The notes under the pieces: generated by a model
Seen by the model: the letters and a program-made list of their open reading frames with translations, nothing else
Told to the model about the DNA's origin: nothing
Database searches by the model: none
NCBI RefSeq assembly: GCF_009914755.1
Contig: NC_060929.1
Direction: 5' to 3' (one strand)
Source of the DNA: the human T2T-CHM13v2.0 reference genome, Homo sapiens
Length of the DNA stretch: 64,000 nt
Position numbers and translations under genes: made by a program
Part shown: piece by piece, positions 45,841-59,150 of the stretch
Layout of the letters: each line of letters opens with the position of its first letter
How positions within the stretch are numbered: position 1 is the first letter of the stretch

Positions 45841-46286
45841 TATACTACTATCCTTTGCAACCCATTACACAAACTGGGAAGCCTAAAACAACAGAAATGC
45901 ATTCTCTCTCAGTTCTGGAGGCAGAAGCCCACCATCAAGCTGTCAGCAAAGCTATGCTTCTTCCAAAAGCTCTAGGGCAGAATCCTCTCCTTGCTTCTTC
46001 AAGTTTCTGATTGATCTTGACAATCCTTGATTTCTGGCCTCATCACTGTCCTCTCTGCCTCTGCAGTCCCATTGCCTCCTCCTCTTCCATGTATGTCTCC
46101 TATGCACCTGTACCCTAAAAGATACATGTGATTGAATAGCCCAGGATAAGCTCCCTCTCCCAGGATCCTTAATTTAATGACATCTGCAAAGACCATTTTG
46201 CCAAATAAGGTCACATTCACAGGTTCCAGGAATTAAGACATAAAACACAGACACAGCTTTCTGTGGCTACCATTAAGCCCACTATA
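45841..46286 (-). mobile_element. MaLR LTR, MLT1C-like
   Basis: AAAACAACAGAAATGCATTCTCTCTCAGTTCTGGAGGC...ACATCTGCAAAGACCATTTTGCCAAATAAGGTCACATTCACAGGTTCCAGG. Confidence 0.85.
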
Positions 46287-47524
46287 GAATCAAAGAGGGG
46301 AAGGAAGTGAGAAACACGGAAGAGAAGAAAACAGCAGCTTCTTTGCCTTGGGCACATTTAGCCCTCTTAGCCAGGAAGGCTGAAGTGTTTTGGATTGAAG
46401 GTGAGACCTCGTGTCAAAAGAGATTGAAATTTAAATAAATAGAAAAGATATCTCTATGCCCTGTGTTGTTTTAGGCATGCTTCAGTGTTCTACACAACAC
46501 TGAGGAAGTCTGCCTCTTGTTGATGTCAATAATAATTTAGCGAAAGGAAAATTACAAGCTGAAAAGGGTAAGTACAGCTAACCAGATGCAATGCTATTAG
46601 CCTGAGTAAGAAGAGTTCTGGAAATGTGACGTTAACAAAACATCTGTTAGTGTATCAATCATCTCCCTCATCTTTGGAGACACCTGGGGGAGGGGGTACC
46701 TAAAATGAAAACTTCAATCTCTTATACATGCCAAATCCTCTAGGCTTGGGAAACTTACTTCACACTAAAGCACGCTAAAGTCATGCACGCCAAGCAATAA
46801 AATCTCATTGTGCAAATCGTATGTTCTGTTTGCAATAAGAGACAGTAACACTTGGCTTAAATTATTTTTTGGGTAGGGTAAATGGCTTCAGAAGTATAGG
46901 AAAGCACAATCAATTCATGTGTAAGACATAAAGAACTTTAGAAAGTGCAACTCAAATAATCTAATTCCAACCTTGCTAATGCACAGGAAGTCACTTTAGC
47001 ACACAAATGGAAGGTCATCACTGTCAGCACATTGTCACATGCGACTCACTCATACTGAAGTGTGCATAGTCTAAGATATAATTCTTCAGAATTCTGCCCC
47101 TTCACATTTTAAAAACTCACATGATGGGATTTCCTATGTATGTGATATTAGACCACAATTTGGACTTCACTAACGCATGTAAAGGGAGAGAGAATCCTGT
47201 GCCCAAGGGATCATGTTGAGATTGTGAAATATCTCCCAGAACTTTCTGGAAACTTAGAGATCCTGGGCCCTTACGTGGAATTCTCCATGCCTGAACGTTA
47301 GACACTGGCAAATCCTGCTCATGGCTCACTTCTTCCTCTGTCAAGAGGGCAGTGAGAGGGAACTGAAGCTAGCAAAGCCAATCTTGAGGTGTTAGTCTCA
47401 CACTAACCAGTATTATTGGGAAGAACTTTTTCATTTTTTAAATGTAACGTGTCCACCTAAGGACAGGGTCTTCCTGCTAATGATATGAGTAACAACTCTT
47501 TGAAAACAAGTGATATCTCGTTCT

Positions 47525-47700
47525 TCTCAAGTTATTTCATTTCACTTCCCAACTTTAAGGAGTACATAGCAACCCCTATCTTACAGAGAACAAAACTGAA
47601 ACTTACAGAAGTGAAGCCCCTTGCCTAAATGCACAGTTAAGAGGGGAGAGCGAGGTTTCATTTCCAATCTATCTGATACCAGGCCCAGGCCCCTTGCCTG
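47525..47700 (-). mobile_element. MIR fragment
   Basis: CTTACAGAGAACAAAACTGAAACTTACAGAAGTGAAG...CTTGCCTAAATGCACAG. Confidence 0.55.
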
Positions 47701-50054
47701 TACAGCCTCTCCTCTTTGACCCCCACTGAAGTGATTTCTTCCTGGGCCCAAGTATCACTTTGAATGTTCCTCATTTTCTGGTGTTGCTGGCAGAGGTGTG
47801 GTATGATATGCTCATCTGCCTTGACTAATTTTTTCTTTTCAGCTTCTTTGATGTAGATTCAAATTTCAAATCTGTGAAACCTACAGAAGGTAGTATGAAA
47901 TCATAAGCATCTTTTGCTTCCTTCCTCTCTTAGGTTTATAGAACAGATCTCTAAATTTTCATCAGCTTTTTTTCTACAAATTCTCTCTCTTCCGAGAAGT
48001 AGCATAAATCCTGGGGAAACTGATCGTTGTACCTTTGTAGTGAGTCATCTAAGCCACAGCAACTTTGTCTGGAAGTTCCATTTCCTTGCAGCATCACACT
48101 ACTTTTTGAAAAAACATAAATATAGGTTTGGCCTTGGGGACTTCCATCTCTCAGCCTTCTACTCATTTCTCAACACCCAGCACCTTGAGGCTCAGGTTAT
48201 TATAGAGAAATCATCCCCTGCCAATGTACTTTATGAGCTCAATTTTTTTCCAAGCTTCACCTACACGTTGCTGCATTCTGTAGCTAGCTTCCTGATAAAA
48301 ATTATTCCTCTGCTAATACTGCCATAATTTATTGTCCCTCCCCAACATAAGTTTTACAAAATCACCTCTGAATGTGGAATTTTAAATACAGAGGCAAGCT
48401 AACAAAACAGAAAATTTTGACAAAATTGTCCTAAAATCATGAAATTTTAGAGCTCAGAACTTTAGAAACCATCCAAGTGAAATTTGCCTAAAATTTTTGA
48501 AAATTTAAAATTAAATTAAATTTTAAAAAAAGAACTTTAGAAACCAGCGCTTTTACCTCTCCCTATAGCCTTTGTTTTATGGTTAGGAAATTAAAGCCCA
48601 CAATGGGAAAATTTATCTGGAACCAGCCAGAATGCAATCTGGGTCTCCTAGTCAATGACTTTCAATGAACAGGTAATCTTGCAAATTCATCCTACATTAT
48701 GCCAAATCTATAGCTGTTGATTCTCACCTTCAATCTGCCACCTTTGGTAAGTATTCAGGAATATAGATCAAGTCATTTAAATTGGCTTAGCTCAGGCTCT
48801 GCTCATGGACCAGGCTCAGCCAGACAGCACATTGTTTTATTTGGTCTGTGTTAATGCCCCACAGCTAGTGAGATGGTTTTCATCTGTCATCTCTCTGTTG
48901 ACAGACACACTCTCCCCTTGCTGGGCTTCTTGCTACCTGAACCTCAAATGTTCCCCCAAAGTCTTTTACAAGACTTCCCCAGAAAGTGATGAATGCTGCA
49001 AAAAGGGAAAACCCAAGTCAGTGAGGAGGGGAAATTGGCAAGAATTTAGAGTTAGAATGAGTGACTGGAAAAGAGAACTCTGGAAGTAAACAGGGGTGAA
49101 GCATAGGCAGGTAAAAGAGAAAACCAAAGAGATGGTGCAAACGTACCTAGATTCTGCTATTCCAGTGAGCAATGGAGAGGCCTAATGATGTTAACAGGGA
49201 AGGAGCTATGCCTATCCAGGCTGAGGGAGGAAGGAGGCATGCTGGACACCTGCAGCACTGCTGGTTTGGGTTAGAAGAACCTAGCAGAGCACTTTCTCCA
49301 CAGTTGTTATCCCTGCCTCTCTCTCTTATCCACTTCCCATCCATAATTGACAGTTAAATAAAGAAACGCTCCATTTAGATAACACTTTCTCCCTTTTTAC
49401 AGGACTCAACAGGGAGCAGTCGGCTATTTAAACATACTTTCCATAGTTGGTCATTTGAACACACTGTGTGGAAAGGAAATGACTGTCATGCCAAGGGAAG
49501 GAGAAGGGATCATCACTTTTAATAATTTCCCCGACTTTCTTCCCCTGAGAGTTTGCTCAATTCCTGAACTAATGGACACTCGTAAATTGGGAAAGAAGAA
49601 GTTATTAAGAAAACCCGATGAACATCCAACCACACTAAATTCTCCACTCTAGTTGCCTTACACAACCCAACTTTTTCCTCCTTTACATAAGAACAGGAGA
49701 GCAAAAGTTGTATTTAATGAAGAAAACTAAATTTGAAAGATGACTTAGGTTAAAAATGTATTCCAATCTCTTTTATATTTCTCACATAATTTATTACCCA
49801 CATTAATGTAATTATGTACTGTTGAAATCAAGCCAAAAAAAACAAAAGTTAGCATAATATGTCAAAAGGTTACTGCAGGTCCATAAAAGATGCTAGTAGT
49901 TTCAATACAAAAATTGGTTAAATAATCTAGTGTTTAATTTGAAGCTGCCTTTAACACAGTTTGAAGAATTTTTGTTTTATGAAAGCTACACAAAGTCCTA
50001 ACAACCATCTGAAATTTTTTCAATGTCTCCTATTGCAACTAAATTGCTACTTCT

Positions 50055-50212
50055 GGCAGGGTATAATGGCTCACACCTGTAATCTCAGCATTTTGGGAGG
50101 CCAAGGCACTAAAATCACTTGAACCCAGGAGGCAGAGGTTGCAGCGAGCCAAGATGGTGCCACTGTACTCCAGCCTGGGCAACACAGCAAGACTCTGTCT
50201 CAAATAAATAAA
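50055..50212 (+). mobile_element. AluS monomer formed from left-arm 5' part fused to right-arm 3' part
   Basis: GGCTCACACCTGTAATCTCAGCATTTTGGGAGGCCAAGGC joined to ATCACTTGAACCCAGGAGGCAGAGGTTGCAG; TSD TAAATTGCTACTT(C/T)T. Confidence 0.88.
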
Positions 50213-50904
50213 TAAATTGCTACTTTTAATTTTATTTAAATATTCTGTATGTGCTCTGAAGCATTATGAGAAAATGAAATAATTGGCAGGACTCTGCAGT
50301 CAGTGTTTCGTTTGGTTAAAAAATAATTTGAAGTATATAGTGGATAATACATATCAGAAGACAAAAAACGAAAAATACATGTCTGCTTTATAAATCTCTA
50401 TAAAATCTAATTGGAGTCAGTTGTTGTATAAGCAGAGAATGAACAGAAAAGCTAAATATAAAATTGAAAATTTAAAAATACTCTAAAAACTCTTATGAAA
50501 AAAATTGGTCAGCCTCTCCTGGAATGACTCAGACAAGCTCTTCTTTTTGGTAATGGGCCTGGAATCATATCAAAAAATATAAGTTAAGAAAACACTATCT
50601 TTTTTATATTATGAAACTAAAATTCATCAAAAGATAATTTGGAGATCTATGGGAACTATTTTAAAATAACAAATGCCAAAAAAATTATAGTCCTTAATTT
50701 GTTATGTTAATGATTTGAAACATATGTGGTAATATCAAAATATTTAACTCAAATGTGGCAACTCCACATGTGTTTTACCAAGAATAACTTTGTAAAAACA
50801 GACTCTCTACCCCACGCTCCTAGAAAAAGGAGAGAAACAGGTACAAAATTTTCTGCTTAAGTCAAATCTATGTGGGTATCAAAAATTAACAACCCTTACT
50901 ATTG

Positions 50905-51036
50905 TGGTAGTCTCTGAACCCCTTTAAGAATCAGAATCTTCTTCTAGAGAAAAAAAAATAGACCTACACATGCACAGAATTCTGGAAGCTTAAGAACTTG
51001 TGAAGCCAATTTATAAAATCCATGCTAAGAACCCTG
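50905..51036. mobile_element. hAT-Charlie MITE fragment (family uncertain)
   Basis: GAACCCCTTTAAGAATC...TCCATGCTAAGAACCCTG terminus. Confidence 0.45.
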
Positions 51037-51922
51037 GATCCTAAGGTAAACTCCTGAGAGAAAGAGAAACAAACGTCAAACAAGCCTTTAGATAATATTC
51101 TGTATCAGTCGTGGCAAAGAGTGATCTCCATCCACCCAGAACCACTCACGTGATTTATGACTGTTTTTCAGTGTTGGGAGCCTGAGAGCTGTAGGACATG
51201 ATTTAGTGGCTCCTACGACACTGGGACTGTGGCCTGGGTTGCTGGTGTCAAAGAAATGGGACTTTTTTCAGGTTCCCAGCTAACTTGGTGACTTGAAGGT
51301 TGTAGGCTGGTACTGAAAATTGCTCACTAAGCAGTGATCACCCACCCTCCACCCACCACTCCGTACCCCCAAATTCACCCAGTTCTCTCAGTAGCTGAAA
51401 AATAGGATAGCTTGCTGTTGGTTTCTTTAGACCTGAATAGATGTGGGCTTAGCATTTTCCCATGATGTCTTTGAAGAAGAAAGCGGGAGTAAAATCACAA
51501 TAGTGGGAAAGGAAAATTCTTTGACGTTGGCATCTTCATTCTAAGTACCCCTCATCCGCTGGTACACTTGGGGTGAATTTTGTCATCTGCAATAGGTGAG
51601 AAAAAATGGTAGAACCGAGTTGTAAATCTCCAGCAGATGAGAGGCAAGACCAGAGTTTCACATGAGGAGGAAGCAACGGCCATTCACAGTAATGTCTAGA
51701 CTGGCTCTGGCCATAGCACATAGCTGATCATGGCTGCAGTGTAGCCTCCCACAGTGCAGCCATCAGGAATGTGCAGGATTGCTCTGATCCCAGGGCCTAG
51801 GATAGGGCATGCACAGAGTAAGGTGCTTTCCCAACATCTCTGGAAGGAAGGGAGAGAGGAGAAATGGAGGAAAAGGTGGTAATGGAGAGTAGTAAAATAT
51901 ACATGGAAAGTGATCAGAGGAT

Positions 51923-52333
51923 ATATTAGTTTGCCAGAGCTGACATAAGAAAATGCCACAAACTGGGTGGCTAAACAACAGAAATTTTTTTTTTCCCACA
52001 GTTCTGGAGGCTGGAAGTCCAAGATCAAGATGTCAGCAGAATTGGTTTCTCCTGAAGCCCCTCTCTTTGGCTTGCAGATGATCACCTTCTTGTTTTTTTT
52101 TCTCACATGATCTTTCTTCTGTACTCACACACTCCTAGTGTCTTTCTGTGTGTCCAAATTTCCCGTGTTTATAAAGACACAGATTAGGCTGGATTAGGGC
52201 CCATCCTAATAACCTCATGTTAATGTAATCACCTCTTTAAAGGCCCTGTCTCCAAATATACTCACATTCTGAGGTAATGGGGATTAGGGCTTCAACATGT
52301 GAATTTGGTAGAGATACACATCAGCCAAAAACA
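51923..52333 (-). mobile_element. MaLR LTR, MLT1B-like, complete
   Basis: TATATTAGTTTGCCAGAGCTG...CACAGTTCTGGAGGCTGGAAGTCCAAGATCAAG...GGCCCTGTCTCCAAATA...TAGGGCTTCAACATGTGAATTT; TSD GAGGA/GAGGG. Confidence 0.88.
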
Positions 52334-52699
52334 GAGGGAAATACTGGTTTTGTTGAACCCTAGCCCCATCTCTTCTCCCTTTCACATCCCAAAATCTTAG
52401 GTGGGAGATTAGATCTGAGAGATGAGGCATGGTCAAGGGTCCCAGACCCTCAAGTGAAATGAGCAATGGCACTAAGAAGTCTCTCCAGCTCTTCCTCTAG
52501 GACACCCGACTGGCTACATAGACAGAGTCATAAGTACCAGGAGGGCCACAGACAGCCACATAGACAAAAGCCACTCCCAGTGGTACAGAGGTTCCCAGGT
52601 ACCAGCAAACCATTAGACTCTTCCATAGAAAGCCTCTTGCTTTTAGAAAAATCAAATCTTAGGTACTTTCTGAGGTTGTTATCTGCCTTTTGTCTGTAT

Positions 52700-52985
52700 T
52701 GAGAACATATAAAGGACTCCTTCAAATTAATAAGAAAAAGCCTATTTTTAAAAATGGACAAGATTTGAATGGGCCCTTCAAAAAAGAGGAAATTCAAATA
52801 GGCAGTAAACATATTAAAATATATTCAAAGAAATGCAAATTATAACCACTTTCAGACACCAGTTGATACCCTTCTGAATGGCCAAAAGCAAAAGGAGTAT
52901 CTATATCAAAGTTTGGCAATCATACGGAGCAAGAGGAATGTGTTTATAAGGGTAAATTTGTAATAATCATTTTGAAAAAATATAT
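52700..52985 (+). mobile_element. Old L1ME ORF2-end fragment
   Basis: AAAAATGGACAAGATTTGAATGGGCCCTTCAAAAAAGAGGAAATTCAAATAGGCAGTAAACATA...AGAAATGCAAATTA. Confidence 0.65.
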
Positions 52986-53229
52986 ATAATGTTAAGGTAT
53001 TATTAAAACAATAATAAGACAAAACAATACTATGAAATATCACATATTCAATATGTTAGGGGAAGAAATATGTTATTTGATTTTGGTATTCAACATAGAG
53101 CAAAATATGAGAATCTTTGAATTAATGCAAATTAAGTGTGTTAAATTTTAATAGTATTTCCTGTACTTGACCAAAACGCTATGTTTTTAGAACACTCGGA
53201 GTAAATCTAATGTCTCCTTCACATGGCAG

Positions 53230-53720
53230 CTCCTCAGAAATTAAAAGACAGTTTGTTTTCACATCCTTTTGAGACTTCTCTGCCCTTGGTAGTGCCTTCA
53301 TCTGTTTTTCTGCACCACCCTGATCACTTTCCTATGAACAAATTCTTTTTTGGTTTATATCTCTTTAACTGTTGGGGCCCAGAATAAAACACATCGCTGT
53401 CTGTATATTTTGACAAAGCAAACTAGAGTAAGACTGACATTTCTTTCTTATTTGATACAAAATTTTCAGTAATGCTAAAGTCCCATCAACTTTTTGATAG
53501 TCACTTAACACTTTACCCGTTTGGATACACATTACCTCCTCTGAACTAAAACCTTTAAGTCTTTTCTACACATATTGTTACAAAGCACCCTCTGTTTTGT
53601 GTATTTTTAATTCACTTGCACACATTTATATATACCAATTTTTAAATGCATTTTTTTAAATTCAACACAATGCTCCAAACTCCCTTTGGGATTTTGATTT
53701 TGTCATCTAATATGTACATT
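53230..53720 (-). mobile_element. CR1/L3 fragment
   Basis: TATCTCTTTAACTGTTGGGGCCCAGAATAAAACACA...ACTAAAACCTTTAAGTCTTTTCTACACATA resembles the L3 RT region in antisense. Confidence 0.55.
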
Positions 53721-54454
53721 AATTGAAAAAACAGTACAGCATGACCTTCATGTGTGTATGTGTGTCAGTGTGTGTGCATGTGTGTGAAGATGGTTATAGA
53801 TAAACATAGGTATAGATATAAATATACAGACAGACATGGATATATAAATATATATTACTATAAATCTATATGGCAAGTTATAACTACAGTTATTACTAAG
53901 TGACAGGATTGTGTGTGATTCCTATTTTCTTGCACTTGATTTTTATATTTCCTTTGAAATGTGTATCTAGTGAGGCAGAATGCTCAAAATTAGTGCCATC
54001 ATCTTCTATGTTTAGAGGTGGAGAAGGCAAGTCATATTGGAACAGTTTAGTCCAGATAATACTTGGGTTACAGATGCATGAGAAGAATCTTAAAAAGGAA
54101 TATAAGTTTGCTTCAGATTAATGGGTACCATCAGCAAAGAATATAGATTTGTTTAGAGATCAAACAGAAAATGTACTATGGCTTGATCAGCAATGACTTT
54201 GAATGTGTACCAAAGAGTTTATTATATAAATAATTTATTCTAGAGACATTAGAAAAAATTAAATAGCTTTCAGGAAAAGGAAAACATAATTTGACCTATT
54301 TATTGGAAAGAGAAAAGGTATTACCAGCGAAAACACCAGATTTAGAGACAAGAGGTTAGAAATAAGGATAACTGTTAAGTGTCCACTCCAGAAACCTATA
54401 GCAAAATGACTAGGTTCAAGTAGAAAATTGTCAAGAAAATAAAGAGTGGATTCA

Positions 54455-54788
54455 GCAGTATTTCCCAAACTATATTCAACAGAACACTATTATTTACCAA
54501 TAAACATCTTTAAATATTTATTAGTGTCAACATTATTATTAATATTTATATTATGGCAAGTTGGAGGGATTATGTTTGATCAAACTTTAGAAATGTCATC
54601 TATTACATTATCCTGTTAAACATTTGAAATGCATACAAACATATTGAAGACCTGAGAAATCTTGCCATAAAAAGCATATTTAACATTCTTTAATGCACCA
54701 TTTTCCAAATTCATTTGATCACATGGAAAGCCTGTTAACGTCTCACTGGATACTAGTATTCCATGCACCTGAATTTGGGAAACACAGC
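54455..54788. mobile_element. hAT-Charlie element (Charlie4z/MER113-like)
   Basis: TIR-like ends CAGTATTTCCCAAA ... TTTGGGAAACACAG; internal TTTCCAAATTCATTTGATCAC. Confidence 0.55.
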
Positions 54789-55819
54789 ATTATAGAAATA
54801 TTGAGAAGGCAGAAACAACAAAACGTAGTATTTGATTGCCTGAGAAAGAAGAGAATTCAAAGATGATGTTAAGTTTTAGCCACTCTGACTAAGAAAACAC
54901 GCTATACCATAATTATCAGTTTTATGAGAACAGATTTTTGGGTGGGAATTAGTGTAGGCTTGGGTTAGTTAAGTGTCAGGTGTCAGGGTATCAACATTTG
55001 AAGATATTCATATAATAAACATAAATATCTGCAAAAATTATTTCAAAAACAGTAATGGAAATTCAGGTAAACTACTTGCAATTATTTCATAAACTGTTGC
55101 TACCAACCAAAATGAATGCCTAGCAGAGCGCTCCAGCACATGGCACAGCTAGACCATGCCATGCCCCATGATGTGTCACACATCGGGGATAAGAACAATA
55201 GCAAAGATGCTGCTAAAGAAGCCACAGTAAATGGTTCTCATAATTGTGAAAGCTGAATAATTATGTCCACAGGATACTCCTTTGCTAGTCACCGTAACTA
55301 AAGAACTTGGAGCCTCTTGCCCATTGGCACATGAAATTCCGGGAAACACCTTTAATCTGTATTTCAATCTCCTAAAGTTTCTTGTTATTTAAGAGCTTAA
55401 TTGTTATGACTGTGCTAAGAAAAACTCAAGAAGGTAAAAAGAGATGTTAACTACTTGGACCTGAAATTACAGAGCATGAAGTAAATTCTCAGAAAGAACA
55501 TTAATATTGAGTAGCTGCAGATATACGTCATACCTGGGAAAAAGTGTGCTTAACCACCCTCTGTCATGCCCAATCCAATCAAGCTCTGAACATGTGTGAG
55601 AAATTCATTCCCCTTCAGAAAGGAGAAAGGGAGAATGCAAGGACAGTCTGTCCTGATTCCAGTTGTTTTGCTGAACTGCTCTGTGAGCTGAAGCAATTCC
55701 AGGAATTTATCTTCCTCAATTCCACATCTGCAGAAGGGTAAAAACAGCAATAGCAAGGTACCTTGGCCCTCAGCTCTTCGGGCTTGCTACAAATTACCAG
55801 AACAATTCACACTTGTAAG

Positions 55820-56050
55820 TATGGTGGCAGGAAAAAGCTTTGGGGTCAGAAGAACAAAGACTACATTCCACAACTCCTTCACCAATTAAAAAATATGATC
55901 TTGGGTAGATGTTAGCTTTTGGGCCCTCTAGTTTTGTCATCTGTAAAATGAAAATAATAATTCTAAAATTGTGAGAAGTCATAGAATTAAATAATATGTA
56001 TACACATTTTAAAAGTTATTTAAAATATGTGCTAAATATTGTAGTTATAT
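55820..56050 (+). mobile_element. MIR
   Basis: GCTTTGGGGTCAGA...TGATCTTGGGTAGATGTTA...TCATCTGTAAAATGAAAATAATAA. Confidence 0.65.
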
Positions 56051-57800
56051 TATCTGTCCTGTATAAGTAAGATTAATGGAACATACCTGATTTCTATGTT
56101 AGAGAGACAATATATACATATGTAATTCCCAACACTAAATAATAAACCATTTAGTTCCAAAGTTGAATGCCTTTCCTCACACTCGGCTCAATCATTTTCA
56201 AAAAGTCTACTTCATATTTAAAGCACTTGTCTCTTTTTCTCTGCCACTAGTTGATATTTCACTACTTTTATATCCAACTTTTCCTTAAGTCATTCATCCA
56301 AAGAAGAAAAAATTTTGTCCCTAAGAAGGAGATTTGCTTAGTACTTTCTGTTAAATTTAGAAGTGGCTCCCAAGGAGTGAGCTCTTTCAAAGACCCCTTT
56401 ACCTCTCTAGTTAATGAAAGTTTAAGACCCTTTAGGGAGCAGGCTTTTGTTTGTTCATTGAATCATCTAGTTAACAAGAGAATACATCAGAATTTTTTTG
56501 ATTCATCTATTCATGTTTCTAATAAGCTGATCTCTCTTGTAAACATAGTTAAATCAGTCTTTACTGTATGAAACTCTTATCTGACTCAGGGCTGTCATTT
56601 TACATAGAGATTTTTACATTTTAGAAGTTGGGGAACAACTGTAAACTCAGTTCATTTTACAGCATTGACCATGTGGAAGCAAATTCTTCAAAGTCATCAC
56701 ACTCGACACCTTATAGACTGGTTCTAAGATAAAGTGAGAAATTGGTGCTTTTAACTGACTACATTTCACAGCTAATTTTGCCACTATTTTCCGTTTCGTT
56801 TGAAAAGTGTCACACCTGAAAACTATCATGATTAGTTGAAGCTTTGGGTTAAATTCCAATACCTTCAGGGATCCAAAATAGTTCATAGAATAATTTTAGT
56901 TCATCATTTATTCTGTACCCACAGTGAGCAAGGTACTTAATGCGGGGTGGGGGGGGCTAATTTCAAATGAAACGACTTCCCAAAGTGTCCATATCCTGTG
57001 TCCCTTGGGGACTTCTCTCTCCTCCACACCTTTAGCCTTTCCTAAACACCTAGCACTTTATGCCAACAAAAGTAGCCAGGATAAATATGCCCATTGATTA
57101 GGAACATTAAATGGGCAAGAGAACTGGAAATTTAGAAAGTGTAAATTTTACCCCTTCATTTAGAACCACTGATCAAAGCATTCAAGTGGCAATACCAGGT
57201 AGACCATGACCACAGAACTCTTTCCATACTTGTACTCCCTGCAGCCATCTGACTTTCCCTATAGCAAGCTGGAACAAATTGCAGAAATCACTGCCATTCA
57301 TACCTATTTAGAGTCCGTTGACCCTCCAGGGAGCCTGTAACCAGCTGCAGGCAGGCCAAGATGCTCCCCTAACCAGATCTTGTGTGGTGGGGATACCTGG
57401 CATTAAAAAACATGCAGAACCATGGCGCCTGTTTTCTCTGTCCTTCCTGCTTCTGGTCTCTTCTGTTGCTCAGTCTATTTCTCCCCTGAGCTTTGCCTCT
57501 GTTTTGTGGTAGTTTCTTTATACTGAAGTTTTCTTTATTCCTATTTTATTGCAAATATGGGGTTTATCCAGAATTTTATCTACCAACAAACAGTAAATTG
57601 AGTCTACATCTGTTCACTCTGTTCTTGAGATAGTTTGAATAGTCCTCATTTTCATACCTGGCAATTTATGTTTGAACACGGGGCCAATTAGTCTTTCTGA
57701 ATATTCCTGAAATACCTACACAATTGAGGGTGATATTTTTATGAGTACTGAGGTTCATTTATAGCTATTAAATGAATTTAAGAAATATATTTTTAGCCAT

Positions 57801-58252
57801 CACAGCAGATGCAGTCGATAACTCTCTTCCGTATGCACTGACCTAACTTCTAACTGCCAACACCCGCCCCTCTTTACCTGAGGACTTTCTCCAAAACCCA
57901 GAATGGCCTTTCTTCCCAAGCAGAGCAGTTATAAAATCTGAAATTTATCACTCCTCAGGAACAGCCTGCACCAGATAGCCACAGGAATTGAGGCATAAAT
58001 ATCCCACCTCCCTTGGCCCTCAGGTGGGGTAGCTTTGAGGTACCTGTGCTTCAAGTTTCCCAGGGTATTTTTGTGGGATTAATCTCCAACAGCCCAGCAT
58101 ATCCATAGCCACATTTTCTTGATAACACACCCCTTGTCGTCCTGCCTCCCTTCCCTTTTCACCTTCCCTCTTCCACATCAGTGTTTCCTGAACTTCCAAA
58201 CTACTTTTCTCAAGTCTTTGTCTCAGAGTCTGGATGATCTCAAGTTAAGAAA
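57801..58252 (+). mobile_element. LTR16-family (ERVL) LTR
   Basis: ATAAATATCCCACCTCCCTTGGCCCTCAGGTGGG...CAAGTCTTTGTCTCAGAGTCTG terminus; matched from memory. Confidence 0.6.
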
Positions 58253-58729
58253 ACTGTCTACAATGTGCCAGACATAGATAAGCACTAAAATGACAGAGAT
58301 GAATAAAAAATTATCCCTGCTTCAAGGTGTTCACCATTTGATCAGAGACAATAGCAAGAGGATAAGTCAAAAAACCTATTACCCACCTTCCTTTCAAGCC
58401 CACCCAACACCATAGCACATTCACTTGGGTCCTGACTCCTCCCCAGGGCCGCGTATCTGATGATTGTGTCTGACCAGTTGTCTCAGCAGGATTGCCTAGA
58501 CATGACTCAGTCGAAACTGCTTAAGAGTACATAGGTGAGGTCTGAGGTTGGCCCACATTTCACAAAAAAAGAATATTCTAATCATTATTGAAGAAAATTT
58601 GGTGTCATATTGATGATGCGCACTGCTTTCCACTCTGCTGAAAACCAGGTTGACTTTTTAATGCATTTTTCAATGCCTAGCATTGCCCAACCGTCAGGTA
58701 AATAATTATATTGGACCCCAGGTAATAAA

Positions 58730-59150
58730 TCAAACTTTGGTCTGTATATCAGACCCTGACATAAAGTTTCACATAAAAGATGTTTCATAAGGAGTGTTCT
58801 TGGAATTAATATTTGGGGGGAGGAGTGGAAGGAAGCAGAAATGGGAAAAAATAAAAGCCAAACTGCAGTGATTGTCCCGAAAGAACATTGGCCAATGCCA
58901 TGAGGACCCTTGGAGGTAAAATTGAACATTAGCATTGTCCTAAGTTAAACCAAGATAGTTAGACTTTTATTTGCCATCTGTCATTGGACATGGGTCATCT
59001 AGGAAAGGATTTGACCTTGGGCAAGATGGCTATCCACAACAGAGGCAAGCCCTGGAGTGTTGACAACAGAAGGATATCTGCTGACGGCATTACCAACAAG
59101 TCCTTCATTAAGGGGTATCTGGACTGTGCATCACCTAAGTTCACATCATG
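58730..59150 (-). mobile_element. LTR16-family (ERVL) LTR
   Basis: CAGACCCTGACATAAAGTTT...GGAAGGAAGCAGAAATGGG...TGACCTTGGGCAAGATGGCT...AAGGGGTATCTGGACTGTGCATCAC. Confidence 0.6.

Noticed and set aside
47914-48327. 137-aa ORF in non-repeat sequence
   Set aside because: Starts at TTG, composition is F/L/S-rich as expected for T-rich DNA, and there is no recognisable domain.
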